In this document: positions 24,941 through 37,859 of the stretch, piece after piece
How the letters are laid out: each line of letters opens with the position of its first letter
How positions within the stretch are numbered: the first letter of the stretch is position 1
DNA from: Eledone cirrhosa
Taxonomy: Eukaryota
Direction: 5' to 3'
DNA: 64,000 nt
Assembly (NCBI GenBank): GCA_964016885.1
Contig: OZ024740.1
Span: 308,946,001-309,010,000 of the forward strand
Translations under genes and position numbers: made by a program
The notes under the pieces: generated by a model
The model's database searches: none
What the model saw: only the letters and a program-made list of their open reading frames with translations
What the model was told of the DNA's origin: nothing

Positions 24941-25449
24941 AAGTTTAAAGACATTTTGTGACATGACATGTCTAAAGTATGATAAGAATGATTTACCGGA
25001 TGCACAGTATGGACTGATAAAACATGGAATGCAAGTAAATTAAGAAAAATGTATTGGATATTTAGAAAGATAGATCAGCATATATATATACAAAGAAGAT
25101 AGGAGCATTGGTGTAAACATCTAATGCAAAAATATGTTGGGAAAAAAAGAAGATACAAATTCTTATCAAAGAGTAGCCATAGCTGTGGACAGATAAGATA
25201 GACTTGGATTGAGCTAGCTGCATCAGATGAGGGAAAGTTTGATCTAACAGACAAAATGGCCCAAAATATGATGTGTAGACTAAACAAATACATGTCAATC
25301 AGAAAATTTGTCATTTTGGGGCAGGGTTTTTCTGACTTGATGTATTTTATCACCAACCACTTTACAGCATGGACTGGATGCATTATTTGTGCCACCAGCA
25401 CAAGAGAGGTTGTCTTACTGGACTCAAAAGTCCTCTCTAACCTATATCA

Positions 25450-25673
25450 GTTTTTATTTGGAGTGTCTACCCTCCTAGATGGTTTGCTTTCACTACGGCT
25501 TACAGAATCAACATCTGCCCCATGCAGTCGTTTTTAGTCAGAGTCACTGCCCTCCTAGAAGGGTTGCCTTCACTATGCCTTATGGAGTCCATGTCTGCCC
25601 TATGCAGTCGTTTTTAGTCGGAGTCACTGCCCTCCTAGATGTATGCTTTCACTATAGCTTGCAGAGTACATGT
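25450..25673. repeat. ~80-bp tandem repeat, about 3 units
   Basis: GTTTTTA....GAGT..CT.CCCTCCTAGA..TTCACTA recurs at 25450, 25530 and 25610. Confidence 0.85.
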
Positions 25674-25699
25674 TAAACCATGTATTATTATCATTATTG

Positions 25700-26365
25700 T
25701 TGTTGCACTGGGTAATTGCTGGCCTTGTGCCTAAAGTAGAAACAATTATTGTTGTTGGGAAATTTGCAGTTGTTAAAATATTTGTTCTAGTTTTCTGTGC
25801 TCTGAGTTCAAATTCTGCTTAGGTCAATATTGTCTTTCATCTTTTTAAGGTTGATAAAGTAACTGTTGAAGAGGGCTGATTGGCAGAATTGTTAGAGCAT
25901 TAGATGGAAGCTCTGCAATATATGTCCTAGCTGAGTGCATTCTGAGTTAAAAACCCACATTCTGGCATCAGAAAAATAGGTCTTTGAGACCTAGCTAAAA
26001 TCAGCAATGTAGTAAATTCTGAAAAATAGGGAATAGACTAAATTACTAGTGCTATTTATTGACATTCTTTTACATACAATTCTTGCTGGGCTGGATTTTA
26101 TCCTTCATCCCTCCAGGATCAATAAAACAAGTATCAATAATTTACTAAGGTCAAATCAATAGATTACATGCCTCAATCAAAATTTGTTGCCTTGCAGCAA
26201 AACTATAAATCATTGTTATTGTTATTATTGTATACAGTGGTGGTGAGTTGGCAGCATTGGTGGAGCGTTAGACGACATGCTTTGTGGCATAGAGTTATTG
26301 CCCTTTGCGTGCTGGTTTCAAATCTCGTCAAGGTTAGATTTGCCTTTCATCAATTCGGGGATTGA
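25700..26365 (+). mobile_element. Cluster of diverged SINE family A fragments
   Basis: Repeated TTGGCAG heads, CTGAGTT.AAA and CCTTTCATC cores at ~25710, 25800, 25880 and 26245. Confidence 0.6.
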
Positions 26366-26569
26366 TAACCTTCAAGTAAATTATACCATAAAGCCTGGAC
26401 TCCAAAATTTAGTGTTTCTGGTGCTTTCTGGACCATATTTTATGTTACGTGGATATGATTTCCTGTTCTGTAACTGGTTCAATGCTGGATCACTTCCATT
26501 CACATATTCACACAGATTCTCAGCATTTCACTACAACAATCATTGATAGCACCTCCATCAATAGACCTA

Positions 26570-26845
26570 GAGATTCTCTATTTAGTTTAAAGTCTGTCTC
26601 AAGCCAGGAGGCTTGTCTGGCCAGTGCTTATTCTGGTTTCATGGTGTGAAGCAACTGAGAGGACAAGACTCCCCACTGGACAGGACACCAGTCCATAGCA
26701 GGGTACTCATTTTCAGCTGAGTATACTGGAGCAACATAAAATGAAGTGTTTTGTTCCAGAACACAACACACAACCCAGCCCACAAATCGAACCCATGGCA
26801 TTATGATTATAAGTCTAGCACCCTTACCACTAGGCCACCCACCTT
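26570..26845 (-). mobile_element. tRNA-derived SINE (B-related core)
   Basis: Reverse strand begins GGTGGCCTAGTGGTAAGGG (A box), GGTTCGATT (B box), core ACTCAGCTGAAAATGAGTACC. Confidence 0.7.
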
Positions 26846-27589
26846 CACTGAGATTATTTGGGTTAGATTTTTCATCAAGTCCACATCACAACAATAATCT
26901 ATGGAACCAGAGTTTGATGGATTTCCAACCGGGGTCAGTCTTCCAGATGGGGCTACATCTTCAATTGAGGCAGTGTCAATTTGACCAGCTAGGTAATTAA
27001 TAGGAGCACAATAAGTAGCATCAATTAGTTTAACATGATCAATTATTGGTTCATATTTATTGTTAAGATTACATTGCCTAAGTTAAACTGCCCCAGGTTC
27101 AGGCAAAAATTGCCTCACTATACATCAAATAGTCTTTCATGAGGCTTCTGGTTGAGCCAAGTGTAATTGAAGAAGCTAATTTCACATTACTCCATTAATT
27201 ATAGTATTTATGCATGGGCCAAATGTTATTCAGACAATGTACACTAATAACTAACAATATAAGTCAGTCATTATTTATATAAAAGTCTTCTAGTATTTGG
27301 AAGATCTCTGCTGCCCATAAAACATCTCAAATCACTCACTAGTGGGTGGTGCCAACCAGATTGATGAGTACTGCTCTGGCAGGCTGGTCCTATGATCATC
27401 AGCTCATGTTATAATAAAAGTTTAATATGAGGAAAAGTTTTATTCAATAAATTTCAATTAAATTTATATAATGTTTACAATAAAAAAAGAAATAGAAATA
27501 ATTAAATAATGAAAGTAAAGGAAAAGGTGAGAGCATGACAGATTCTACACCCAGTCTAAGTTTTATATCTCAGCTGCACCCTGGGGGAA

Positions 27590-27945
27590 AATAGTAAAGG
27601 CATTGCCATGGGGAACGGCCAGCATCCACCACTGCTTCAGCTATTCCACCTCATGGGGTTCCTTTCTTATATGGGATATCTTTCTCCAGATTCTGTGTAG
27701 GAAAATGGCAGTCCTGGTATAGAGGACAAAAGAGACCTTAATGGTGACCATCACAAAAAGGAAATTTGGTTATCTTCCACTTCTCTGTGTTGTGGGTAAC
27801 AGTTCTCAAGTTTGTGGCTGAAATGGCAAGGATGGTGGTGGAGAATGTATCGCTGCATGTGCTATCCCAGATTAGAGATTTATCTCCATTAAACAGGAAA
27901 AGAGTTATCCCATCAAGGCACTTGCCATCACCAGTATATTTATCA
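27590..27945 (-). pseudogene. CRE-like non-LTR retrotransposon, RLE-domain remnant
   Basis: GKCLDGITLFLFNGDKSLIWDSTCSDT..EKWKITK resembles the RPDG..WD.T..E..K..KY restriction-like endonuclease. Confidence 0.6.
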
Positions 27946-28239
27946 AAGTATTTTATTTGTCTCTGTAATGAATAAATATGTAATGGCATATCATCATCAT
28001 CATTATCATCATCACCATTTAATGACTATTTTTCCATGCTTGCATGGGTTAGACAAGTCATCCACATTATGAGACAAGTCTGGCCAGCTGGTTGCATCAT
28101 ACCTTGCTCAAACAGAACTGTAATTTGGCTGGGATTTTTACAGCTTCCTAACACCATGATGAACAAAATTCACTGTTTGGTGGGAATAATGTTTTATTTA
28201 ATGATTCATATGGTATCTGTAGTATAAGGGGAGAAAGCC

Positions 28240-28445
28240 TATCTCATGGGAGTCTCACCGGCTGATCTTCTACAGAATGCAGTATATCTGTGGTCCTTGA
28301 GTGCCCAGCCCAACTCTACCTTATTGCCAGAAAATAACCCTACGTGTCACCTAACACAGGGCAGAAAAACATACAATGTTCTTCCCCAACATTTATTGAT
28401 CAAGAAAGCAAGAAAGCTCGCAACACTGCTGTTACTTCTTGCCTC
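28240..28445 (+). repeat. Unclassified dispersed repeat; inverted copy at ~31205-31410
   Basis: CTCATGGGA..GCTGATCTTCT.CAGAA.GCAGTATAT..CCCAGCCCAACTCTACC shared in opposite orientation. Confidence 0.7.
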
Positions 28446-28539
28446 CCTCCCATGATGTCACTGGCCCTTATATTTCCAACAAAGCCCCACACCCCCTCTC
28501 CCCCTGATCTCACTACATCACCTCACTCCATGTGAAAAT

Positions 28540-29650
28540 CCGCCATCCATCCAAGTTCCTGACATTCCAGCTGGGGCACTGCTCACATCCTCTTCTTCTT
28601 TATTGTCATCCAACAAATTGACGATCCAGCGGGCATCCAAAACATGATGCGACATTCCATCCACAAACATGTTTCAGGAATTGTGACATTCCATTCATGA
28701 ACATGTTGTTTCAGGAATTTATGGCTGTTACTGTTCTCTTCCCCCATTGAGATGTGCAGCACACATTTGGAGGCTTGACCCAGACTTCGTCTCTGACCTG
28801 TAGAAATGTGGCTCCTCTCCCTTCCACAGGTTGCTATGGTACTGTACACCAGTGTTTGCTATTCATATTTAAATGTGTGGTACATACACCAAAACATTAC
28901 CTCAATTGGTGACATATGTCCCCTCTCCACCATGGCCCTTATCATGCGATGGTGACTCTCTACAATCCCATTTCCACTTGGCCTATACACTGTTCTGAAG
29001 AAGCAGTTCCCATTCCACTTTTCAAACATTTCCTTCAGCATCTGTGAGCAAAATGCAGTGCCATTGTCCCTCTGCAGCTCATTCACATGGTCTCATTCCA
29101 GGAATATTTCGTTGAGCATTTGTGTAACTTCCCCTTTCATTTGTATTCAGTAGCAGGGGTAGCTACTGACACAGTCGTCCCCCTTCGATCATTTCTCTGG
29201 CTGCAATTTCTGGTGATGTGGCATTCCTGCTTACACCGGTTCGGCTCCTTGCAGACTCTGGCACCTACAGCATTGATTTCTAAATGGTCGCAGTCACTCC
29301 ACAGTTCTTTCTTCATCATTCATCAGATGCTGCCTGGAGCTGTATGCCTCCATGGCTACTTGCACTGCAGCATTCTTCCAGTGTTTCTTATTGACACACA
29401 CGCTTGAGTGATTAATTGACCCATGGACATTGTCTCATTGCTGGCAGCTATTGCAGCCTCACCTCACCAATATCTAATTGGGGAAACCATTCCCAAATAT
29501 TAACTGCACTGCCATTTCTAGGCCTTCTCATGTAAATCCAGAGAGTGTGGCCAACCTTTGAATTTCTGCCATGTACGCTTTCATCTGCTTTCCCATCCAC
29601 CTCACCTTTCCAAGTTTGGAAAATGCAGCGTACAACCCTTCCGTGATGGA
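28540..29650 (-). pseudogene. Gypsy-like LTR retrotransposon remnant (gag zinc-knuckle traces and integrase core)
   Basis: DNGTAF..RTVYRPSGNGIVESHHRMI integrase D,D35E region; Cys/His knuckle-like traces upstream. Confidence 0.7.
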
Positions 29651-29915
29651 CTAAATGCTATTATTATATATCTGCCTGCCTGTCTATTCTCCTGTATATT
29701 TATATATCAATCTCTTTATTTATATATACACACACACATGCACACACAAACACACACACAGACATACAAACATACATGCCAATAATGGACTGTATTACTT
29801 TATGTAAAGAATTATATTAACTTCTTTTGTTACCATATGTTTTTTTCAAATCATTTTTAGAAAATCAAAAATTTGGAGGGGTTTAGTAATATGACTTTTT
29901 CATTATTAACCCTTT

Positions 29916-30124
29916 GTGGATTGGCAGTATCAGTGCCTCATCGAACAACATGCTTTACGGCATAGAGTTATTCCCCTTTATATCCTGAGTTCAAATCCTG
30001 CCAAGGTTAACTTTGCCTTTCATCCTTACAAGGTCAATAAAATAAGTACCAGTTACACACTGGGGTCGATTTAATAGACTTTCCGACCACCCAAATTGTT
30101 GGCCTTGTGCTTAAATAAGAAACA
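29916..30124 (+). mobile_element. SINE family A with 14-bp TSD
   Basis: ATTATTAACCCTTT at 29902-29915 and 30125-30138. Confidence 0.88.
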
Positions 30125-32075
30125 ATTATTAACCCTTTATTTCCAAATCCTTGGTTGATTATGACTTTCTAGTAACCAGTGTGATTATGGAATAGAATAA
30201 GCTGCATACTACCACCATCAATGGATAGAGACAAAGAAAGAATATGACAAAATGTACTTCATTTGAAACTATGGAAATTTCCTGAGGAAGCCAGAATGCT
30301 GTGAATCTACTACAAGTTCTTTAAATCTCTGCATGGAAGAACTTTATCAATTGCAATTGAAGATAAAAGCAATATATATAGCCAATGTACAAAGGTGAGT
30401 ATTGATTCTGATAATATTGAAATAAAATCTCTTTGAATAGCAAACGGTTTTTCTTCATGCAAAGAGCTTCATTAAATAACTGTACAGGTTCTATAAGAGT
30501 GAGGAAAATCTACAAACCTTGCTCAAAGTATTGTAAAACATACTAAATTGAAACATATGTATAAATGTAATGTCCCTCAACTCCTGATGGAGTCATAGGA
30601 ACACTGCAGTGGCATAGAGCGTTTCTTGGCCATTTTAAGCCTGGCAGAACCCACCCCTCTCCACAGCAGACTTCTTCCAGAGAAGGATAGAAAGTGAGAG
30701 AATGGAAGTGAGAAACAGATATAGAGGAAGAATCAACCTCAGTACTAGACTGGTACTTTTTTTTATTGACCTTGAAAGGATGAAAGCAAAGTTGATCTCA
30801 GCAGGAGAGTCAAAGAGCAGAGAGTCAGAATAACACAAAGCATTCTATCCAATGTTCTAACAACTCTGCCAATTTTCTGCTTAATAAAATATAATAAAAA
30901 TGATATCCTACTATAACATTACAACAACAAATGTTTTAAGGCCATCTTCTCTATTAAAACAGGGGTTAGACTTGCAGGCCCCAAGATAAGCTTCTCATTT
31001 TATCATGGGGCCTGCAAGGCTTACTTCTGCTGTATTAGGGAAGATAGTTTTATAAACGCTTGCCATTATTGTAAATATACAGTTAACTTATTTTAAAATT
31101 AACACGAATGTTGTAGGGGTGGAACTTTGCCAGAAGTATAAGGGCCAGTCATGGGACCAGAAGACCTTGCTGGAAGTGGCAAGTTACTGTGACATTATAG
31201 GAGAGAAAGCAAGAAGCAGCATTGTGGACTTTCTCCACTCTCTTGCTCAATGAACTTTGGGGAAGAAGCTCATGCATTTTTCTGCTCCTTGTGTAGGAAA
31301 CACATGGGGACATTTTCTGACAATAGGGTAGAGTTGGGCTGGGTGATTAAGGACCACGAATATACTGCCTTCTGGAGAAGATCAGCCAGTGAGATATCCC
31401 ATGAGGTAGATGAATTATGCTTTCACCCCTCATACCACAAGCTATTTTGGCATAATGTTTTTTTTTTCTCATCTATTCTCTCATTCCTAGCTGCAGACAA
31501 TATGTTAACAAAATTAAGAATTGGCAGCATTACCATCAGACCTTTCTATGGTGAGGGCGATGTTTTCGCATAGATTTGAAAGATCAGGTTGTAAGCCATT
31601 GAAGATGTGGCTGGCCTTATGGTGCTCTATTTGGAGGGAAATTCTATGAACGTTTCCTTTAGGTGTTGTTCAGTCTTTTCCACATCAAGTTGGTCTGCTT
31701 TATCTATCTTGAGTATTACCAAGAGGTAGACCTCAAAAAAGCATATGACTGCATTTCACGGGACCTGATGCAGAAGATTCTGAAGGAGTATGGGATCAAT
31801 GGACAGCTTCTTGTTGCCCTGATGTCTCTATACGAGGGATTTAGTATTTGTGTTCAGATTTTAATGAGCATGAAAGTTCGTCAATTTTATTTAGTGTTTA
31901 GGTTATTTGGTCATCAATTTAGGAATAAAGTAATTAAATGAAACATGCTGAAATATCTCACACGAGTGTCTATAATTGTCTCATCTTTATTGTTATGAGT
32001 GCGTGTTACAACTTGGAAATAAGACATACCTTTTGAAATAATATAATATGCATAATTGGTATTATTAGTTGTAGA

Positions 32076-32250
32076 TTGGCAGTATCGGTAGAGAATCGGA
32101 CGCCATGCTTTGACACATAGTTACGGCCCTTGCCATTCTGAGTTCAAATCCCGCTGAGGTTAACTTTGCCTTTCATCCTTACAGGGTCGATAAAATAAAG
32201 TATCAGTAATGCACTGGGTAATTGCTGGCCTTGTGCCAAAAGTAGAAACA
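32076..32250 (+). mobile_element. SINE family A with 15-bp TSD
   Basis: ATTATTAGTTGTAGA at 32061-32075 and 32251-32265. Confidence 0.9.
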
Positions 32251-32259
32251 ATTATTAGT

Positions 32260-32534
32260 TGTAGAATTGGCGACGAGGTGAGAGAAAAAGTTAGTCTCTA
32301 CATGGTGTTATTGGTTTTCTGTTCTGAAGTCGAAGTCGCCTGAGAGAGAGTTGCTCTTAATATATTCACTCCACATGGTGTGGGTGAAATGAAAATTGGG
32401 AGAAGGCAAAATTACCTCTTAACTCCTGGACGGCTAGCTTTGTAAGAGAGCAGGTACTTTCGGTTTCTCAATTTATAGTCTCCATGGGATGTAACTCTCA
32501 TTAACTCTCCTTCTCGACCCAAGGGGTCACTACA
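32260..32534 (-). mobile_element. 3' LTR of the Gypsy element
   Basis: Bounded by TGTAG..CTACA; preceded on the minus strand by polypurine tract GGAGGAGGG (32538-32546). Confidence 0.65.
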
Positions 32535-32744
32535 ATACCCTCCTCCAGACGATAGGCGAACAACCCGAAGGTAATTGTAGCGAACCCGCAAGAATGGGAT
32601 CAAGGCAAAGGTATGAAAAAGGTATATACATATACAATACACAAAAAAGAAACTCTATAGTTAAAGAAAACTTTCAACTGTTAAGAAACAAGGTAAAGAA
32701 AAGCATGTAATACACAATACAAAAAAGGCTTCATAGTGGCCAGT

Positions 32745-34604
32745 TCAGATGAAAACTGTTTGACAAAGTCTTTTAGGCCAGTGGACTCTTCGACCGGAAC
32801 AGGTCATGTTCTTGTATGTAGGTGAAGGTGGGGCAGAAGGAGCAGGTGTATGTACAATAGAGAAAGATGGGGGCATTTGTGGCTCAGGTGTATGAGCGTC
32901 TGTGAATGCCCTTTTCAGTCTGTCAACCGAAATTGTCTCTCTGGATCCCTTAATGTCTACAGTAAAATGTATGTCAGCACGTGCTAACACACGGTAGGGT
33001 CCAGAGTACAGTTGTGTGAGAGGTGGTCTAACAGCGTCGTCTCTGACAAAGACATGTGTCCACGAGGCAATATCCCTCGGGACTGCAATTTTAATAGTTT
33101 TGTTTCCTGGTATCCATATGCGGTAAGTCCTGAAAAAATGAGCGCAAACAAAATACGTAGGAAAGGGGATCTTGAATAGCAAGATCGACAGGGGCAAGCA
33201 TTTTCCCAGGTAATGGTAGAGCACCATATAACAATTCAGCCGGGGAGAACCCAAGGTCCTCTTTTATTGAAGACCGAATTCCTAACAACACAATAGGAAG
33301 GTACTCGCTCCAACATAGAGAGTCTGGATAGGCAAGAAGAGCGGCCTTTAATTGGCGGTGAAAATGCTCCACCATTCCGTTTGAAGCAGAATGATAAGAT
33401 GTGGTCCGAATGCGTTGAGTGCTAATAATTTTTGTTAGATGTGATTCAAATTGCCTACCATGGTCTGTAGTAATTGTGGTTGGCACGCCATAGCGGGCAA
33501 TCCACCCTGATACCAGGGCACGCGCTATCGTGTTGGCGATAATGTCCTTTAAGAGGATGGCTTCAGGCCATCGCGAAAAACGATCAATGCAGGTCAAAAG
33601 GTAAGAATATCCACTACTGACTGGCCAAGGTCCAATGATATCGATGTGGCTGTGTCGAAAACGAGCATCCGGAGTACTGAAAGTAACAAGTGGAGTCCGG
33701 ATGTGTCTGTGGACTTTAGATTTTTGACACTGTATGCAGGAACGGCACCAAGCAATAATTTCGCGCCTCATATTTGGCCAGAAAAATCTAGCCGTTATGA
33801 GCTTTACTGTGGCTGAAGATCCTGGGTGAGAAATGCTGTGCAAAGCAAGGAACACAATTCAACGGTGAGTCTCAGGAACATAAGGTCGTGGTGAATCCGT
33901 AGATACATCGCATAGAATCTGCCTGTTGGTAGTCGACAAGGGCAGATATTTCAGGTTGCAAGTCGCAAATGCGGCTGATGAAGTATCCAACGATTCGAGT
34001 GCAGGTTGGTCTGCTGCTAAACGACTTAAATCTATCTCCTGGATGACGAAATTGAGCTGATTGGCAAGCGTGACAAGGCATCTGCAGCTGTATTTACTGA
34101 GCCGGAAATGTGCTGGATATCATTGGTAAACTGCGAAATGTAATCGAGGGGCCTTGTCTCTCTGGACGAATATCTGTCGGCTTTAGCCCTCGAAGCGAAG
34201 GTCAGGGGTTTGTGGTCAGTGAAAACCGTAAAATTTCTTCCCTCAAGAATATGAGAAAAATGTTTCACCGACAGATATATGGCTAATAACTCCCGACCAA
34301 ACGTGCTGTAACGAGTTTCTGCCGGTTTCAGCTTCCTGAAGAAAAATGCCAAAGGTTGTTGGTGTTCAGCATTATACTGTTGTAAAACTGCTCCCACAGC
34401 GGTATCAGATACATCGACACAAAGTGAAAGCTTGGCATCAGGTACTGGGTGGGCTAGCAAAGATGAATTAACAAGTGCTGTCTTGGCAGTCTGGAAATCT
34501 TCGAGTTGTGCTTGTGTCAAGGAAATATCCTCATTCTTCTTACGACAATCTTTCAAAATCTTCATAAGGGAAAGCAGCTTGCTACCCCTGTTCAATGTCC
34601 ACAT
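32745..34604 (-). pseudogene. Ty3/Gypsy pol fragment (RNase H, integrase, GPY/F region)
   Basis: DVSDTAVGAVLQ, YSTFGRELLAI, TDHKPL, ADALSR; integrase H..HPG..C..C, HIDIIGP, TTDHGRQF, SNGMVE; YSGPYRV; frameshifts. Confidence 0.93.
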
Positions 34605-34639
34605 ATGAAGATTGTATTTTTTGCTAGCCTACTTGTTTT

Positions 34640-35275
34640 CCCACAACATCTCTGGAAATCAGTGCTGTGAAGACTGAGACACTTGTCCTCAAAGAAGCAA
34701 TTTGCATGTGGGTAGAGTTCCACTGAAGCATGTGGAGAAGTTCAAGTATCATGGGGCTGTGTTCATGAGTGATGTGAGGCAGGTGGCTGAATTAAGTGCA
34801 AGAATAGCAGGAACTGGTGTAGTAATGCTCCAGCTTCAGCATTTGGTAATCAAGTGTAAAAGCCAAACTCTCTGTCTTCAACTCAGTATTTGGCCAACCC
34901 ATACAAGTGGTCATGAATCTTGGGTAATGCCCAAAAGAATACGATCACAAAGACAAGTGGTAAAAATAGAATTCCTCCAAAGGCTCTTTGGAGTAACATT
35001 ACAGAGATCAGAGTGTCACTCCGGGTAGGGTTGCAACCTTTCCGAATTGATGGATCACAGCTCTGACATTACAGATATGTGGTTAGAATGTCTCAGGAAA
35101 GAATTGCTGGACATATTTTAAGGGAAAAACCAATCAGCAGGGGCACCAGGTGTAGATCCTGAGCAAAATGGTTGGATAATATCCATGAGCTCAGCTGGTC
35201 CCACTTGGGGATCCAGCCGGATCAATTGGAGATGGTTGCTTCTCACAGGATCCATGTGAGAAGCAACCATGAAGA
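34640..35275 (+). pseudogene. RTE family B 3' end followed by (GGA)n(GAA)n tail
   Basis: HVEKFKYHGAVFMSD..GHESWVM..DNIHELSW; simple repeat at 35271-35380. Confidence 0.8.
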
Positions 35276-35352
35276 AGAAGGAGGAGGAGGAGGAGGAGGA
35301 GGAGGAGGAGGAGGAGGAGGAGGAGAAGAAGAAGAAGAAGAAGAAGAAGAAG

Positions 35353-35383
<31 letters not shown>

Positions 35384-35654
35384 TGCAGGTTTTACATCAG
35401 AGTTTTCCTTCTCCTAGAGTGATGTCCTAACAAGGATCAGGGTTTTTCCCTCCTGATGAGCTAACCGTGTACTCAGGCACCAAACAAAGTAGTCCGTGAG
35501 CATATATATCATCATGATCACCATTCTTGTTTAACATCTGCTTTCCCTGCTAGTAAGTGTTGGATGGATCCACATAGACCAGGTTAGTATTAAAGTAGGG
35601 CTACTGACCTCCTATACAGGCTGGAGTCTCCATCATGCTTCATCAATCAAGCTA

Positions 35655-37189
35655 TATATGGTGGTGTCATACCCAAAGACTGGTGCAGCAGTATTCTCAT
35701 AAATTACTACATAGGTAAAGGGGATGCTCTGGAGAGGAGCAATTATAGGGGCATAAAGCTGATGGATCAGGTTATGAAAGTGGCAGAGAGAATATTAGTG
35801 CAACTGATTAGAGAATGGGTCAAATTAGATGAGATGCAGTTTGGTTTTGTGCCTCGGAAAAGTACAACAGATGCCCTCTTCTTAGTGAGACAACTATAAG
35901 AGAGGTTCTTAGAGAAGAATAAGCCACTATACTTAGCTTTTGTTGACTTAGAGAAGGCCTTTGATAGGGTACCCCGATCTGTCATCCGGTGGTCCCTAAG
36001 GAAACTAGGTGTAGAGGAATGGCTTGTGAGGACAGTGCAAGCTATGTACAGGGGTGCTGTCAGTAAAGTGAGAGTAGGAATGGAGTTTAATGAGGAATTT
36101 GAGATACAAGTAGGTGTACATCAGGGTTCGGTCCTCAGCCCGCTCTTGCTCATTATAGTCCTCCAAGCCATAACAGAGGAGTTTAAGACTGGATGCCCAT
36201 GGGAACTTCTCTATGCTGATGATCTGGTTCTTATAGCTGAATCAGTAGAGGAGCTAGAGAATAAATTCGGGCTATGGAAACAGCAGTTGGAATCAAGAGG
36301 ACTGAGAGTGAACATAGCTAAGACAAAAGTGTTGATAAGTAGAAGAAAAGACAATACCCTAATTCCACCAGGGAAATGGCTATGTTCGATATGTAGAAAA
36401 GGAACTGGCATAAATTCCATAAAATGAACGCAATGCAGATCTTGGGTACACAAGAGATGTAGTGGGGTAGCAGGCAAACTAACAGGTAGGGAAAACTACG
36501 TATGCAGTAGATGTACAAGGAAAGTTGGCAGTAGTAATCGCAGTGATAGACACATTTTTCCAATGCAGATGGGTTCTATAGAAGTGGTTGATAGCTTCTG
36601 GTACTAGGTGATCAGATTAGCATGGGAGGGGGGTGTTCCGAGGCCATATTATCTAGAATAAGGACGGGTTGGAAGAAGTTTAGGGAGCTGCTTCCTCTGT
36701 TGACAAAGCTGGGTTTCTCCATGTGTATGAAAGAACGGTTATATGATGCCTGTGTGAGATGCGTGATGCTGCATGGTAGTAGGACATGGGCAGCAACTGC
36801 AGAGGATATGCGACGACTGGAGAGAAATGAAGCAAGCTGCTCCATTGGATGTGCAATGTCAATGTGTGTGAACGACCAAGCATAGGTGAGTTGACAAAGA
36901 AACTGGGTAGAAGAGGGATAAGGTGTGGTGTGCAGGAGAGAAGACTGAGATTGTATGGACATGTGATGCACATGGAGGATGACCGCTGGGTAAAGAAGTG
37001 CCAAGAAATCCCGGTAGAAGGAAGACCATGAAAAACATGGGTGGAGGTGGCGAGAGCAGACCTCAGATTGCTGAAACTCATGGAGGAGATGACGAAGGAC
37101 CATGACAAGTGGGGAGCTGCTGTGCTGAATAGGACCCATCCTACCCTTGCAAGCAGGGAAAAGCGGACGTAAAATGATGATGATGATTA
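35655..37189 (+). mobile_element. RTE family A-related LINE, diverged, 5'-truncated
   Basis: FVDLEKAFD, GVHQGSVLSP, LLYADD, GKWLCSIC finger, (GAT)n tail; several stops. Confidence 0.9.
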
Positions 37190-37859
37190 CTGTGTGCATC
37201 AGCACAAGGGAGGTTGTCAAGTCTTCAACACAACTGAAGAGTCCGTCCTCCCAATCCTACTCTCTAAACAGGTATCTAAAAAGAAGAACAGGGCAACATC
37301 ACTGGTTGTCATCATGTCGCAGGTTTTACATCAAAGTTTTCCTTCTCCTATAATGATATCCTCACAAGGACCAGGACTCTCTCATTCCTGATGTATATAT
37401 TATTCCAGGTTCCAATTATCAAGGTTTGCTCCCTTCCAGACCCTCTTTAGGGTCCCAGGATATGCAATCTTTGTGTCTTTTCCACGCTTCCCACGACAGG
37501 TCAGAGTCCCATTTCCAGTTTTTGCAGCATGGAGACTGCAATAGATTTTTTTGAACAGGCCCCTCTACCTAAGGCCTGAACGTATCCCTTGTTAACCTGC
37601 ATGAAAGACGATGCAGTATGGTTCTTTTTTGTTTTCCTCATCATATTGCAGTTTCAGTTTTAGTGGTCTTATTCGTGCTAGTCACCAATCTGATACTTAG
37701 TCAAACACACAAAGACTAGACTTTTTTAGTGGTGGCCTTTACTTGCCTCTTCATAGCTATATCAGTGGGTTGTGAGAGTTTTTTTTGGAGCTACAGATAT
37801 CACTCATTGCTCTATCTCTCCTAGTAGTTTACAGCTGTTGGCTCGGGGTTGCTTATTTG

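Noticed and set aside
25450-25673. CRISPR-like repeats
   Set aside because: Head-to-tail units without unique spacers, no cas genes, eukaryotic context.
30290-30400. Strong donor AAAG|GTGAGT
   Set aside because: No convincing acceptor or recognisable open frame upstream.
35172-35417. Poly-Gly/poly-Glu ORF
   Set aside because: LINE 3' end running into a (GGA)n(GAA)n tail.
35453-35500. CTGATGAGC hammerhead-like start
   Set aside because: No downstream GAAA with pairing stems.
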